From an uncultured Methanomassiliicoccales archaeon (GTDB lineage: Archaea; Thermoplasmatota; Thermoplasmata; Methanomassiliicoccales; CAZOLG01): a stretch of DNA of 64,000 bases. The notes under the pieces were generated by a model, which ran no database searches, was not told the DNA's origin, and saw only the letters and a program-made list of their open reading frames with translations. The translations under genes and the position numbers were made by a program. Where the stretch lies: assembly GCA_964580935.1 (NCBI GenBank), contig CAZOLG010000001.1:116982-180981 (forward strand), in the 5' to 3' direction. Positions 10,442 to 20,357 of this stretch are shown one piece after another; the first letter of the stretch is position 1; each line of letters begins with the position of its first letter.

Positions 10442-11395
10442 TTGCGAGAAAAACTGATCTATCTGTCCTCGATGTTGCTGGCCGCCCTCTTACTGTGGTT
10501 AGTGAATCTTGCATATCCCAACGGGATTATTAAGAACTTATCATTCACACTGCTGGCGATAGCTATCGTATACCTGGTTCTGGCCATCTTCGTGGAAGAG
10601 ATTTTTTCCAGGCGTATTTCTGACGCCAAGACCAGATACTCCTTTCAGAAGACCCTCTATATTCTGCAATTGGCACTTATCTCTGCCATATTGATATGGA
10701 TATGGGTCAGGCAGAGTGAGATACTGATCGTGTCTTATGGCATCATAGGCGCAGGTATCGCCATAGCCCTGCAGGACGTGTTCAGGAGCTTCGCCGGCGG
10801 GGTGATAATCTTCCTCTCTGGAATATACAAGGTGGGGGATAGAGTCGAAATCGAATCGGTCACCGGCGATATCATAGACATAGGGATCCTATATACTACT
10901 ATTCTGGAGACCAGGGGGTGGGTGAGAGGCGATCAGGCAACAGGCAGACTGATTATCGTTCCCAACAAGGCGGTTATATCCGGAAATACCTGTAATTACA
11001 CCAAAGACCATAGCTACCTCTGGGATGAACTCACCTTCCCCATAGCCTATGACAGCGATTGGAGGAAGGCCATAAACATCATGATGGACATCGTCAAGAG
11101 AGAGACCATTGAATTTACTGAGAACGCTGATAGGGATATGGAGAAGGTGGGGGAGCGGTACTACATACCAAGAGTCGATGTGGAGCCAGGAGTATTCGTT
11201 CAGATTACCGATAACTGGATTGAATGCAATTTGAGGTACATCGCCCCCATCAGGAGGAGAAGAGCGCTCAGCAACAGAATTCAAAGGAGGGTGCTGGAAG
11301 CCATAGAGGACAGTGATGATGTCCGAATCGCCTCCTCAAATATAGAGATTACAAAGTTCCCGGAATCGGGCCTCGTTGATGAAAGCAACAAGTAG
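10442..11395 (+). CDS. mscS: Small-conductance mechanosensitive channel (MscS family)
   Basis: TM helices, IAIALQD, YKVGDRVEI...GDIIDIG, IVPN. Confidence 0.88.
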   Translation: MREKLIYLSSMLLAALLLWLVNLAYPNGIIKNLSFTLLAIAIVYLVLAIFVEEIFSRRISDAKTRYSFQKTLYILQLALISAILIWIWVRQSEILIVSYGIIGAGIAIALQDVFRSFAGGVIIFLSGIYKVGDRVEIESVTGDIIDIGILYTTILETRGWVRGDQATGRLIIVPNKAVISGNTCNYTKDHSYLWDELTFPIAYDSDWRKAINIMMDIVKRETIEFTENADRDMEKVGERYYIPRVDVEPGVFVQITDNWIECNLRYIAPIRRRRALSNRIQRRVLEAIEDSDDVRIASSNIEITKFPESGLVDESNK

Positions 11396-11543
11396 ATGGG
11401 CCCCGGACTGTATCGGCGAGAGTTCCCAGATGGATTGGTGAGTACATGGTGATCTTCAAGAAGCCCTGAGAGGGCACTTTCACTGGGCTCCCACCGATAA
11501 CGATTTTTCTATGTAACGGGATCGAGCGTCGAAGGGATGGAAA

Positions 11544-12263
11544 TTGAAATGGAAGACGCACATCGCCATAGCCGAAGCCCTATCCCATTCTTTGCAGCTG
11601 AGTCCAGCGGAGGCTGAGAACCTGGAATCAGGATCGGTGGATCCGGACAGGTATCCAGACGGGGTTGACAGAAACGGCGGGATTCAGAGGATGCCCCACC
11701 ACACTGCGCCAACTGAGTTGGTGATGAGGTATGTGTGGCTCTCGAGAAGGCTCCACCTGCAGGGAGATAGAGAAAGTGCCTCTTTCTACCTCGGACGCGC
11801 CCTCCACTATATTCAGGATATGAGTGTGAACACCGGTCGGTGGGAACGGTCCCATGACCGGAGAGAAGAAAAGATCGAGGAGCTCAACGTGCCCACCAGG
11901 GCGGTTTCTAAGGGAATCAGAAAGGCCACCTCCTCTCCAGGCAAAATTGAGAGGATGGTAGAAAAAATTAAACCGAGGAGGAACGGAAGAAAGGCGCTGA
12001 AGCAGGCAACCATGATGTCCGCCGCCGTGACATCGTCGGTACTCATGACTAGGGAATCGGAGAGATCGTTGATGAGAAGGAAGCGGGTTTCCGTAGCCGC
12101 CTTACTGCTGGGTTCCCTGGGAGCATTGGCGAGCGGGGCAGTGTTCATCCTAAGGGAGAACACGCTCTTCCTTCCCATCCTTCTGGTCTTCATCATAATG
12201 GTGTTGGGAGGGAACGCACTCCGCAAGTCTGCAAGAGATTCTACAGAGTGGAGCTGTTATTGA
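11544..12263 (+). CDS. Zinc-dependent phospholipase C / P1 nuclease family protein with two C-terminal TM helices
   Basis: N-terminal W-x-T-H, GSVDPD, HH, LGRALHYIQD, H-x-x-x-E. Confidence 0.75.
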   Translation: MKWKTHIAIAEALSHSLQLSPAEAENLESGSVDPDRYPDGVDRNGGIQRMPHHTAPTELVMRYVWLSRRLHLQGDRESASFYLGRALHYIQDMSVNTGRWERSHDRREEKIEELNVPTRAVSKGIRKATSSPGKIERMVEKIKPRRNGRKALKQATMMSAAVTSSVLMTRESERSLMRRKRVSVAALLLGSLGALASGAVFILRENTLFLPILLVFIIMVLGGNALRKSARDSTEWSCY

Positions 12264-12396
12264 AGGTTCTCGCAGTACGAAAGTTCAGTGAAGCGAGGAC
12301 AGGGTGTGTGCACTGCCGCCCTCACTCCCAGTCCTTCGAAATGGTTAAATATCCACTCTGGGGTCTTTTCCCAGCTGATGATATTGAGGGTAAACG

Positions 12397-13383
12397 ATGG
12401 TTGATCCGTCTGCTGAGAACAGCGGTGAAGCACCGGCCGAGATGAAGGTGGGGAGAAAAGTACTGGAAGTCCTCAGAATCTCGTACTCACTCCCCTTCGT
12501 CCTCTCTTCGGTGACGGGCATCGTCTTCGCCTTGACCTTCGTGCAAGACTGGATACTGGCCCTCTTGATCCCGCTAGATGTCTTCTTCCTGGCCCTGTTT
12601 GTTAATCTCTCAAACGACTACTATGACCATAGGAGTGGGGTAGACGAGTTCCGATTTAAATTGCGAGATCCGGACTTCATAGCCGGTGCTAGGGAAATAC
12701 TTCCCGAGAGTTTCTACTGGTCAGGCAATGCTTTTGATGATGGGGTGATAGGGGCTAAAGAGGGGAGAAGACTGATGATGGTCCTGGCCTTTGTAGGCGT
12801 CCTAATCGCTCTCCCCATTATCTTCTACGGCGGTCTGATAGTGATAGTAATGGGGGTCATAGCGTTCTTCCTGAGTTTCTTCTACACCGCCCCTCCCCTG
12901 AATTTGGGGGAGAGAGGACTGGGAGAATTGGACGTCGGTATATCTTTCTTCTTGATCGCCTTCTTCTCCTACTTCGTGGTCCACCCCCACCTGAACACCG
13001 AGATGTTCCTGATCGCACTGAGCATCGGGATCGCAGTGGCCACGATGAGGGTGGTGGATGAAATGACCGGTTACGAAGCACACGTCAGGATGGGGGAGAA
13101 GAATTTGTGTGTGAGGCTGGGTCTCCAGAATTCAATCGCCCTGGTGACCGTCCTTCTCGTGACAATCTACGTTCTGTTGTCGGTTCTTCTATTCTACAAC
13201 ATCTCCTACGCCCTGGCATTTCTCACCCTGCCCCTTTCGTACAGGACGCTGTGCTATCTGAATAATGAGGATGACCAGTTCAGGTTCGTGAGGTCGGCAC
13301 CGGAGATCTTCAAGGTGAGCATCGGCTATATGGTCCTGATCATCATTGCTTTGACAGCGCAAATCTCTTTGACATTTGTGTGA
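12397..13383 (+). CDS. UbiA-superfamily prenyltransferase (MenA-like)
   Basis: NDYYDHRSGVD, YTAPPLNL..RGLGE, multiple TM helices; start could be ATG 12442. Confidence 0.82.
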   Translation: MVDPSAENSGEAPAEMKVGRKVLEVLRISYSLPFVLSSVTGIVFALTFVQDWILALLIPLDVFFLALFVNLSNDYYDHRSGVDEFRFKLRDPDFIAGAREILPESFYWSGNAFDDGVIGAKEGRRLMMVLAFVGVLIALPIIFYGGLIVIVMGVIAFFLSFFYTAPPLNLGERGLGELDVGISFFLIAFFSYFVVHPHLNTEMFLIALSIGIAVATMRVVDEMTGYEAHVRMGEKNLCVRLGLQNSIALVTVLLVTIYVLLSVLLFYNISYALAFLTLPLSYRTLCYLNNEDDQFRFVRSAPEIFKVSIGYMVLIIIALTAQISLTFV

Positions 13384-14272
13384 TCGTCTTGAAGCTGCCC
13401 TTGGCAATAAGGCGGTATTCTCTTACCGCATTGAAACCGCATTCAGAGCAGGAGACCTCTCCCCGCAGTGGACATCCGAATAGCCGGGTTCCATCGGGCA
13501 TGACGAACGCCGAAATCCAGGTGGGGCACAGCTCTTCAAAATCTTCAATCAACATGTCTTTGAGAGCCCTCTCAGTATTCAGAACGGGAAGCCCCTCGCG
13601 CTTCATCTGCAGAGCCGTCTCCACCACCTTCTCTTTCTGCTCAAGATCCAGGGCTAGTGAGTGAGGCGGCGGAGTGAGGAAGTTGAGCATTATGCCCCTT
13701 ATGTCTCTGTTCCCATCAGCCACTCTCACCGTTTCTCTGAGGTAGGGAAGGTTGGTCTGGGTGACCACCATATTGGCGAATACATTGGGGTGGTCGATGC
13801 GTTCGATATTATCCATCACCTTTCTGAAAACGCCTTCGCCCCTGATCTGGTCATGGATCTCCTCTGGACCGTCCAAACTTATTGAAATAACATCGCTCTC
13901 CTCAAAAATCTCCCCCACACCGTTGGTGGTGTATCCGGAGACATAATAGCCCATCTCCCGTCCCGCTTCAATCAGATCGGGGAGCCGTTTGCCCCCGTCT
14001 TTCCATATCGTGGGCTCCCCCCCTTCAAAGAAGAGTATACGGGCACCCCGGTCATAGAAGTACTTCATCTCATCGATCGCTTTATCAAAGGATATAGAGA
14101 GGGGCCCCTCGATCCTGTCCAGATTATCAGAGATACTGCAGTGTTTGCAGTCGAGGTTACATTCGTAATTGATTACCATCGTGTTGACCAGTGGGTCCCG
14201 CACCCCGAATTTGGACTTCAAAAACCAATTCGCGTAGTAGGCAATTTGACCCAGACCGAATAGGGAGCCCAT
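13343..14272 (-). CDS. Radical SAM protein with a C-terminal Cys cluster
   Basis: CNLDCKHC, GGEP, TTNG, ISLDG..HD.IRG; a TATA-like box at about 14296-14306 favours ATG 14272. Confidence 0.88.
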   Translation of the reverse strand: MGSLFGLGQIAYYANWFLKSKFGVRDPLVNTMVINYECNLDCKHCSISDNLDRIEGPLSISFDKAIDEMKYFYDRGARILFFEGGEPTIWKDGGKRLPDLIEAGREMGYYVSGYTTNGVGEIFEESDVISISLDGPEEIHDQIRGEGVFRKVMDNIERIDHPNVFANMVVTQTNLPYLRETVRVADGNRDIRGIMLNFLTPPPHSLALDLEQKEKVVETALQMKREGLPVLNTERALKDMLIEDFEELCPTWISAFVMPDGTRLFGCPLRGEVSCSECGFNAVREYRLIAKGSFKTITQMSKRFALSKQ

Positions 14273-14432
14273 GGTTATCACCACTCTTGCTGTCCTATAT
14301 AAAATAAATGTTGTCACCTTGAGACCCCGCTCGGGTAGGAGTCGTCCGTGGTACTCACGATTGGAAGGTCCTTACTCCCTCTGCAGAATTTTTTATATCT
14401 CCTCTTCCAATAGATAGGCTAGAGGAATCGAT

Positions 14433-14954
14433 ATGGCTCTTAGTGAACGTATGGAAAAGGCTCTGAACGAACAGATGATCGCGGAGATGTACTCCTCATA
14501 TCTCTACCTGTCAATGGGAGCGTACTTCGAGGCCCAGGACCTGCCTGGATCCGCCTCTTGGATGCGCTCTCAGGCCCAGGAGGAACTGATGCACGGTATG
14601 AAATTCTATGATTACATCAACTCCAAAGGGGGCAGGGTGAGACTGTCCGAGATCGAGAAGCCGCAGATTGAGTGGGATTCGCCTGTCGATGTCTTCGAGA
14701 ACGTCTATGCTCACGAGCAGAAGGTGACCGGGCTAATCAACGATCTGGTGAACCTTGCCATGGAGGAGAAGGACCACGCCACCAACAACTTCCTGCAGTG
14801 GTTTGTGGCGGAGCAGGTCGAGGAAGAGGAAAACGCAAGTTCTATTCTTGCTAAAGTGAAAAAGGCGCAGGGGGACCAGCGAGCGCTCTTGATGTTGGAC
14901 AAGGAGATGGGCACCAGGCCGATGAAGCTGGTGCCTGCGACCAGGGAAGAATGA
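14433..14954 (+). CDS. ftnA: Non-heme ferritin
   Basis: [39 protein letters not shown]. Confidence 0.95.
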   Translation: MALSERMEKALNEQMIAEMYSSYLYLSMGAYFEAQDLPGSASWMRSQAQEELMHGMKFYDYINSKGGRVRLSEIEKPQIEWDSPVDVFENVYAHEQKVTGLINDLVNLAMEEKDHATNNFLQWFVAEQVEEEENASSILAKVKKAQGDQRALLMLDKEMGTRPMKLVPATREE

Positions 14955-15047
14955 GTGAAGGAGTCGTTGTGAAGAACCGGTTTGGTCTAAACTTCGGTAC
15001 CGGTCACTGAAGCCATCATATATAATGAGCAGGGCAGGGTTTGAATA

Positions 15048-15788
15048 ATGGACGACCGAGTGGGAGACAGGTTTCAAGAAGAGACGAAGTACAGGAGAGG
15101 TGAGCTGCCCAAGGGAAAACTGGATTGGACTTCCAGCCCCTCCAAGTATAAGGACTATAAGGGAGCGGAGACGGTGCAGTTGGAGTCTCCTGGGGAGATA
15201 GAAGTAGACCGCGACAGTTCTCTTTATGAAGCACTGGACAATAGGATGAGTGTTAGAAAATACACTTCTCGCCCCATTACCGTGGATGAGCTTTCATATC
15301 TTATCTGGGCCACCAGCGGCGTTCAGGGAACCAGGCGCGGCGAGTACAGAACGGCGCCCTCTGCCGGAGCTCTGTATCCCATAGAGACATATGTGGTTGT
15401 CAATCAGGCTTCGGACATTGAGGAAGGTGTGTACCACTACGATGTCCGTAATCACCGGTTGGAAGTGATCAAACAGGGGGATCACGGTGCAAGACTGGCT
15501 AGAGCCGCTCTCGATCAGGAGATGTGCGAGGCCGCCCCCGCGGTCATCGCCCTGACGGCGATATTCGAGCGCTGTAAGTGGAAGTATAGACAGCGTGCAT
15601 ACAGGTATGTCTACATGGAAGCCGGTCACATGGCCCAGAACCTAGCTCTCTGCGCCATCGTCCTGGGGTTGGGTACAGTACAGATCGGTGCATTGTATGA
15701 TGACGAGGTCAACTCTCTACTGGGAATCGATGATGAATCAGAGAGTATACTGTATCTCAATGCGGTAGGCGAACCTTCAGACCGCTGA
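15048..15788 (+). CDS. SagB/ThcOx-family nitroreductase-like FMN dehydrogenase
   Basis: RMSVRKY, RTAPSAGALYPIE, EAGHMAQN. Confidence 0.9.
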   Translation: MDDRVGDRFQEETKYRRGELPKGKLDWTSSPSKYKDYKGAETVQLESPGEIEVDRDSSLYEALDNRMSVRKYTSRPITVDELSYLIWATSGVQGTRRGEYRTAPSAGALYPIETYVVVNQASDIEEGVYHYDVRNHRLEVIKQGDHGARLARAALDQEMCEAAPAVIALTAIFERCKWKYRQRAYRYVYMEAGHMAQNLALCAIVLGLGTVQIGALYDDEVNSLLGIDDESESILYLNAVGEPSDR

Positions 15789-15855
15789 CCTTGTGCAGGT
15801 AAGGATGATTGGCGGGGCAGGAATGGCGCGGCATTCCTCATACGGGGCACTTGGC

Positions 15856-17814
15856 TCATTGGGGACTCAGCGGTGAATCTTCAAGAGACATCCTCACAAG
15901 CTCCACTATGTCCAGCACGGGTATTTCGCCGGCATCCTGGAGGTTCAACTTGCAGAAGGGGCAGGCGGACAACACGGCGTCCACCCCCAGCGCCACGGCC
16001 TCTGTCATCTTGCTTTCTGCCAGCTCACGCGATTTCTCGGAGTTCCAGCTGCGGAGGCCCCCGCCTCCGCCACAGCACTGGCTGTTCTCCCTGTTCTGAC
16101 CGAACTCCAGCAGCTCTACTCCCGGTATGCTTTTGATGACCCTCCTGGGCTCCTCGTAAATGCTGAACTCCCTGCCCAGGTGGCAGGGGTCGTGGTAGAC
16201 CACTTTCATATTCAGGCTGTTCAAAGGAAGTTCGTCGATCCGGCGGGCCAGCAACTCCACCAGGTGTTCAACGTCTATGTCTTCATAGTCGTGAAAGAAT
16301 GTGGCATGACAGCCTGCACAGGAGGTGATCACTTTTCTGTCCAACACGTCCCGATTTTTCTTCTTAATATCTTCCGGATCATATCCGATCCGCAGCAGTG
16401 GTGAGCCGCAGCATACCATGTCTCTGGGTACGCAGTGATCGATGCCCATGGCCTCCATTACCTTCTTACTGCCTTCGTACAGTCCCGGTGTGCGGTATTT
16501 CGTGGTGCAACCAGGGAAATAGATGTGGTCCCCCCTTCCTTCATCATATATCTCCTCTGTCTCCCCGTACGGATTCCCCACGCTCTCCACCGCCTCATTG
16601 ATCCTTTGATGTTTTTCCGGGTTTTCTCCAACGGACACGAGATAAGACCTGACCCCTTCCATGAGGTGGGGAGAATCGAACTCAGAAGGACATATGGCTG
16701 TACACTGCATGCAGGTTGAGCAGTTGAATAGGTCCTCTTTCAGGGCCTGATCGATATACCTGGTGGGATCTCTGTCTCCAGTCAAAGGTTCAGGGAGGCG
16801 GTTTGCTCCTCCCGAGCTGCTGAAGTTCACGTCTCCGACATCTTCCATCGAGTATATGCCCAGGGACAGGGCGATCAGTTCAGATATATCGATGATGTTA
16901 ACTGCTTCCCTCCTCCTCTTCCCCTCTCCCTCTTCGTAGTACAGGCAGTCGAGGTGCATGGCGCATTTTGGACAGCCCACCAGGAGGAAGTCAGCTCCCG
17001 ATTCCAGGAATTCATCCAGTTTTTCTTCCCTCTGCCTCTTGGACATCTGGTTGCAGTTCAGCCATCCGGAGACCCCGCAGCATTTGGCATCCTCCTTGCT
17101 GTGATCAAATTCGCGGAGAGTGGCCACCGAGCTTATGAGTTCCCTCGGAGGGTCGTAGACTCCGGAGCACCTTCCCAGCCTGCAGGAGTCGTGATACATC
17201 ACACTCAGGCCCGTGTCCTCCAGGTCCAGTTGGTCCCTGTGTTCCCAAATATACTCGGATATATGGACCGCCGGGAGACCGTAAACTTCGGCGAGCATAT
17301 ACCGGCACTCAGCACAGGGGCTGATGATGACCTCCGCTCCCTCCAGTCTATTCTTGAGAGCTCCCTTCATCTCTTCGAATGAATCCAGGCGTCCGGCGTA
17401 GTACTGGTCATGACCACAGCAACCGGTCTCCATCCTGGGAACCACTCCCATTTTGTTCATCACCTTGAGACCACACAGCCCCATATTGCTGTACTTTCTG
17501 TCCCTCCCCATGGCGGAGTAATCGCCGTAAGGCTGCCCATCCACGGTCTTGAAGGCGGTGTCGTACAGGGGGGTACAGCCCGGGAAGTACACTATGCCCG
17601 AGTCGGGGTCCGTCTCCCCCTCATCGAAATGCCAGGAAGGGCGGGAGGCCAGTCTGCCCATTGTGAGGAACATCGAGCCATGACTGCCCTTCACGCCGCT
17701 GATGTACCTGTGAAGACGTAGTATACGCTCCAGTTCGACATCGGTGGGGCATTTGCCCTCGCACAGTCTGCAGGAAGTGCATTCGCTGAACTCACTCCCG
17801 ATCTTCCTCTTCAT
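15856..17814 (-). CDS. HdrD-like Fe-S oxidoreductase with two tandem [4Fe-4S]+CCG modules
   Basis: CTSCRLCEGKCP...YFPGC, CCG, YHDSC, CCG, CPKC; then CSTCMQCTAICP, YFPGC, CCG, YHDPC, CCGGGGG, CPFC. Confidence 0.85.
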   Translation of the reverse strand: MKRKIGSEFSECTSCRLCEGKCPTDVELERILRLHRYISGVKGSHGSMFLTMGRLASRPSWHFDEGETDPDSGIVYFPGCTPLYDTAFKTVDGQPYGDYSAMGRDRKYSNMGLCGLKVMNKMGVVPRMETGCCGHDQYYAGRLDSFEEMKGALKNRLEGAEVIISPCAECRYMLAEVYGLPAVHISEYIWEHRDQLDLEDTGLSVMYHDSCRLGRCSGVYDPPRELISSVATLREFDHSKEDAKCCGVSGWLNCNQMSKRQREEKLDEFLESGADFLLVGCPKCAMHLDCLYYEEGEGKRRREAVNIIDISELIALSLGIYSMEDVGDVNFSSSGGANRLPEPLTGDRDPTRYIDQALKEDLFNCSTCMQCTAICPSEFDSPHLMEGVRSYLVSVGENPEKHQRINEAVESVGNPYGETEEIYDEGRGDHIYFPGCTTKYRTPGLYEGSKKVMEAMGIDHCVPRDMVCCGSPLLRIGYDPEDIKKKNRDVLDRKVITSCAGCHATFFHDYEDIDVEHLVELLARRIDELPLNSLNMKVVYHDPCHLGREFSIYEEPRRVIKSIPGVELLEFGQNRENSQCCGGGGGLRSWNSEKSRELAESKMTEAVALGVDAVLSACPFCKLNLQDAGEIPVLDIVELVRMSLEDSPLSPQ

Positions 17815-20345
17815 GGTAACCCCTCTTCGAAATCCCTCACACTCTCACACCACTTGGAAGCCATCGAGCTTGACATGTTGAACATCTCCACCCTGTCCCC
17901 ACCGATACCCAGCAGATCGAGCATCCCTTTTACCTTTTCCACCTTCTCTCGGGCCGAGAAGTTGCCATCCAGGTAATGGCATTCGTCCTCCAGACACCCG
18001 GCCACCATCACGCCTGCCGCTCCTTCGTCCAGCGCAGTCAGGATATGGTTCATCGAGACCCTCCCAGTACACGGCAGCCTGACTATCCTCACCCTGGCGC
18101 TGTAGTACTTCTTGCTCAGACCGGCCAGGTCTGCGGCGTTATAGCTGCAGTGAGCACAGCAGAAGGCGATGATCGACCCCCTGCCCTCTTTCAGGATCCC
18201 TCTGACCTGCGACTCGATCTGGTCATCAGTGAGCCCCTGCAGAGTCATGGCGGTGGTGGGGCAGTCGGCGCTGCACTTTCCACAGGACTTGCAGCTGACC
18301 TCATCCACGACAATCTTGTCCTCTTCTCTGAACACCGCTTCGTAATTGCAGTCTTCGAAGCAGGTGTCACACTGAATGCAAATGTCGGTATCGATTCTCC
18401 CGGTGATCAACTCAACTTCGATCTGATCGTTAACTAGAAACGTAGAAGCCCTGCTCGCGGCCGCGTTGGCATCGGTTATCGATTCCTGAATGGGCTTTGG
18501 ACCGCTACAGGTACCGGCGATGTAGATCCCCTCTTGAGTGGTATCCACGGGCTCTATCTTGGGGTGGGAAGGATCCAGGAACCGGTCCTCGCCGGTTCTG
18601 AGGCCCAGTAGCTGCTTGATGTCCCCAGTGCCCTGAGAGGGATTCATGGAAGTACTGAGCACCACGAGCTCGGATACCAGCTCTCTCACCTCTCCCTCCA
18701 GGGTGTCCTCCACTCTGACGATGTTATTGCTGCCGTTGTCCAGCACATCGCTCACATTGCCCCTGATGAAGTTGATACCCATTTCTCGCACTCTGCGATA
18801 GTACTCTTCGTACCAGCGGCCGCCTGCCCTCATGTCCATATAACAGATGTTGACCTCGATGTCCGGATCCTCCTGCTTGATCAGCCGCGCCTGTTTCATG
18901 GCATACATACAACATATCTTAGAACAGTAGTCGTTGTACCTGGCATCCCTGCTGCCAACGCACTGCACGAAGGTGATTGTCTCCGGCCTCTTGCCGTCGT
19001 TGGGGCGGCGCACCACCCCCTCGGTGGGGCCGAAAGCACTCAGCATCCTCTCCAGCTGGAGGCCGGTGACGACGTCCGGATGTTCCAGATTATACTCAGT
19101 CCCCTTCATGTCCCTTTCCTGGTGTCCGGTAGCCACCACGATCGCCCCTGCTGTGATCTCTTCTACCGTTTGAGCATCATCGATTACCGCCCCGGCCGGA
19201 CAGACGGTCTCGCACCCCCTGCACTCGGGCATCTCTCCGGTCAACTTGAGGCAGCTGTCGACGTTTCTTACGTACACAGAAGGTACCGCCTGTGGAAAGG
19301 GCAGATATATGGCCGACCTGGAGCTCAGCCCCTGATCGAACTCGTTGCTCACCCTCACCGGGCAGGGGTTGATTATCTCCAGAGCGTCTTCCGGACACTT
19401 TTCAACGCATTCAAAGCAGCCGGTACATTCCTCTGTTTCGTAAAGAGGGTGTTCCTCCCCCTCCTTCATGGCACGGAAGCCCTGCTTCTGGCACACTTTC
19501 ACGCACACCCCGCAATTGATGCATTCCCCCTCGTCCAATGAGATCCTGTCCACTAGGCCCTTTTCTCTGTTTGCGACGAGACCCGACTCGCTAGATTGAG
19601 CACAGTTGCCGCATCCGGTACACTTCTCCTCGTCTACGTACCTTGGTTTTCTAATGATGGTGATATGATAATCGCCGGGGCGCCCCTCGATGTTCTCAAT
19701 CTCACAGTAGGACATAATCTCTATTCCGTCTCTGGATGCAACATCACTGAGCTTGGGGGATATGGTGCACATCGAGCAATCATCGGTAGGAAAGGTCTTG
19801 TCCAGCTTCACCATGTTGCCCCCTATGGTGGGCTCCCTCTCCAGCAAGTACACACGATGCCCCTTGGACTCCAGCTCCAGCGCTGTTTGAATCCCTGTTA
19901 TGCCCCCTCCCACCACTAAAATATCTTTGTTCACAGGGACATCGGTGGTGCGAATGGGGAACAGATGCCTCGCCTTCTCCACCCCACCCCTCACAAGTGA
20001 AAGGGCTTTGGAGGTCGCCTCCGGTCCCTTGTGGACCCAGCTGCATTGTTCTCGAATGTTCACGAATTCCCATAGGAAGGGGTTGATCTTCTCCCCTATG
20101 CAATCCTTGAAGACCTTGTAGTGGTGAGAAGGACTGCAGGCAGCGACTACGACTTTTGAAAGGTCCTCTTCCTCTATCTTCCTCTTGATCCTGGACTGGC
20201 CCGATTCAGAACAGAGGAATATCTCGTCGTCCACGAATACATCGTTCCACGACGATATTCTCTCCTTCAAGACCTCTATGTCCACCTCTCCAGCGATATT
20301 GTTGCCGCAGTGGCAGAGAAATATGCCGATCCGTTCTCTGTTCGT
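17811..20345 (-). CDS. hdrA: Heterodisulfide reductase subunit A-like protein fused to an MvhD domain; true start lies upstream of the GTG at 20285
   Basis: In-frame RIGIFLCHCGNNI upstream of the called GTG; NIREQCSWVH, GGGITG, KTFPTDDC, QCVGSR, CSKICC; C-terminal MvhD motifs CCAHCSY, RLPCTGRV, GC...CHY..GN. The ACG start at 20345 is inferred. Confidence 0.9.
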   Translation of the reverse strand, partial: TNRERIGIFLCHCGNNIAGEVDIEVLKERISSWNDVFVDDEIFLCSESGQSRIKRKIEEEDLSKVVVAACSPSHHYKVFKDCIGEKINPFLWEFVNIREQCSWVHKGPEATSKALSLVRGGVEKARHLFPIRTTDVPVNKDILVVGGGITGIQTALELESKGHRVYLLEREPTIGGNMVKLDKTFPTDDCSMCTISPKLSDVASRDGIEIMSYCEIENIEGRPGDYHITIIRKPRYVDEEKCTGCGNCAQSSESGLVANREKGLVDRISLDEGECINCGVCVKVCQKQGFRAMKEGEEHPLYETEECTGCFECVEKCPEDALEIINPCPVRVSNEFDQGLSSRSAIYLPFPQAVPSVYVRNVDSCLKLTGEMPECRGCETVCPAGAVIDDAQTVEEITAGAIVVATGHQERDMKGTEYNLEHPDVVTGLQLERMLSAFGPTEGVVRRPNDGKRPETITFVQCVGSRDARYNDYCSKICCMYAMKQARLIKQEDPDIEVNICYMDMRAGGRWYEEYYRRVREMGINFIRGNVSDVLDNGSNNIVRVEDTLEGEVRELVSELVVLSTSMNPSQGTGDIKQLLGLRTGEDRFLDPSHPKIEPVDTTQEGIYIAGTCSGPKPIQESITDANAAASRASTFLVNDQIEVELITGRIDTDICIQCDTCFEDCNYEAVFREEDKIVVDEVSCKSCGKCSADCPTTAMTLQGLTDDQIESQVRGILKEGRGSIIAFCCAHCSYNAADLAGLSKKYYSARVRIVRLPCTGRVSMNHILTALDEGAAGVMVAGCLEDECHYLDGNFSAREKVEKVKGMLDLLGIGGDRVEMFNMSSSMASKWCESVRDFEEGLP

Positions 20346-20357
20346 AGCAAATCCTCC

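Noticed and set aside
9528..12263. Restriction-modification or defence island around the MTase
   Set aside because: Neighbours are Acd and MscS; no endonuclease, specificity subunit, integrase or evident compositional shift
15048..15788. SagB-like gene as part of a RiPP (TOMM) cluster
   Set aside because: No YcaO, precursor peptide or exporter nearby; stand-alone SagB-like nitroreductases are common in archaea
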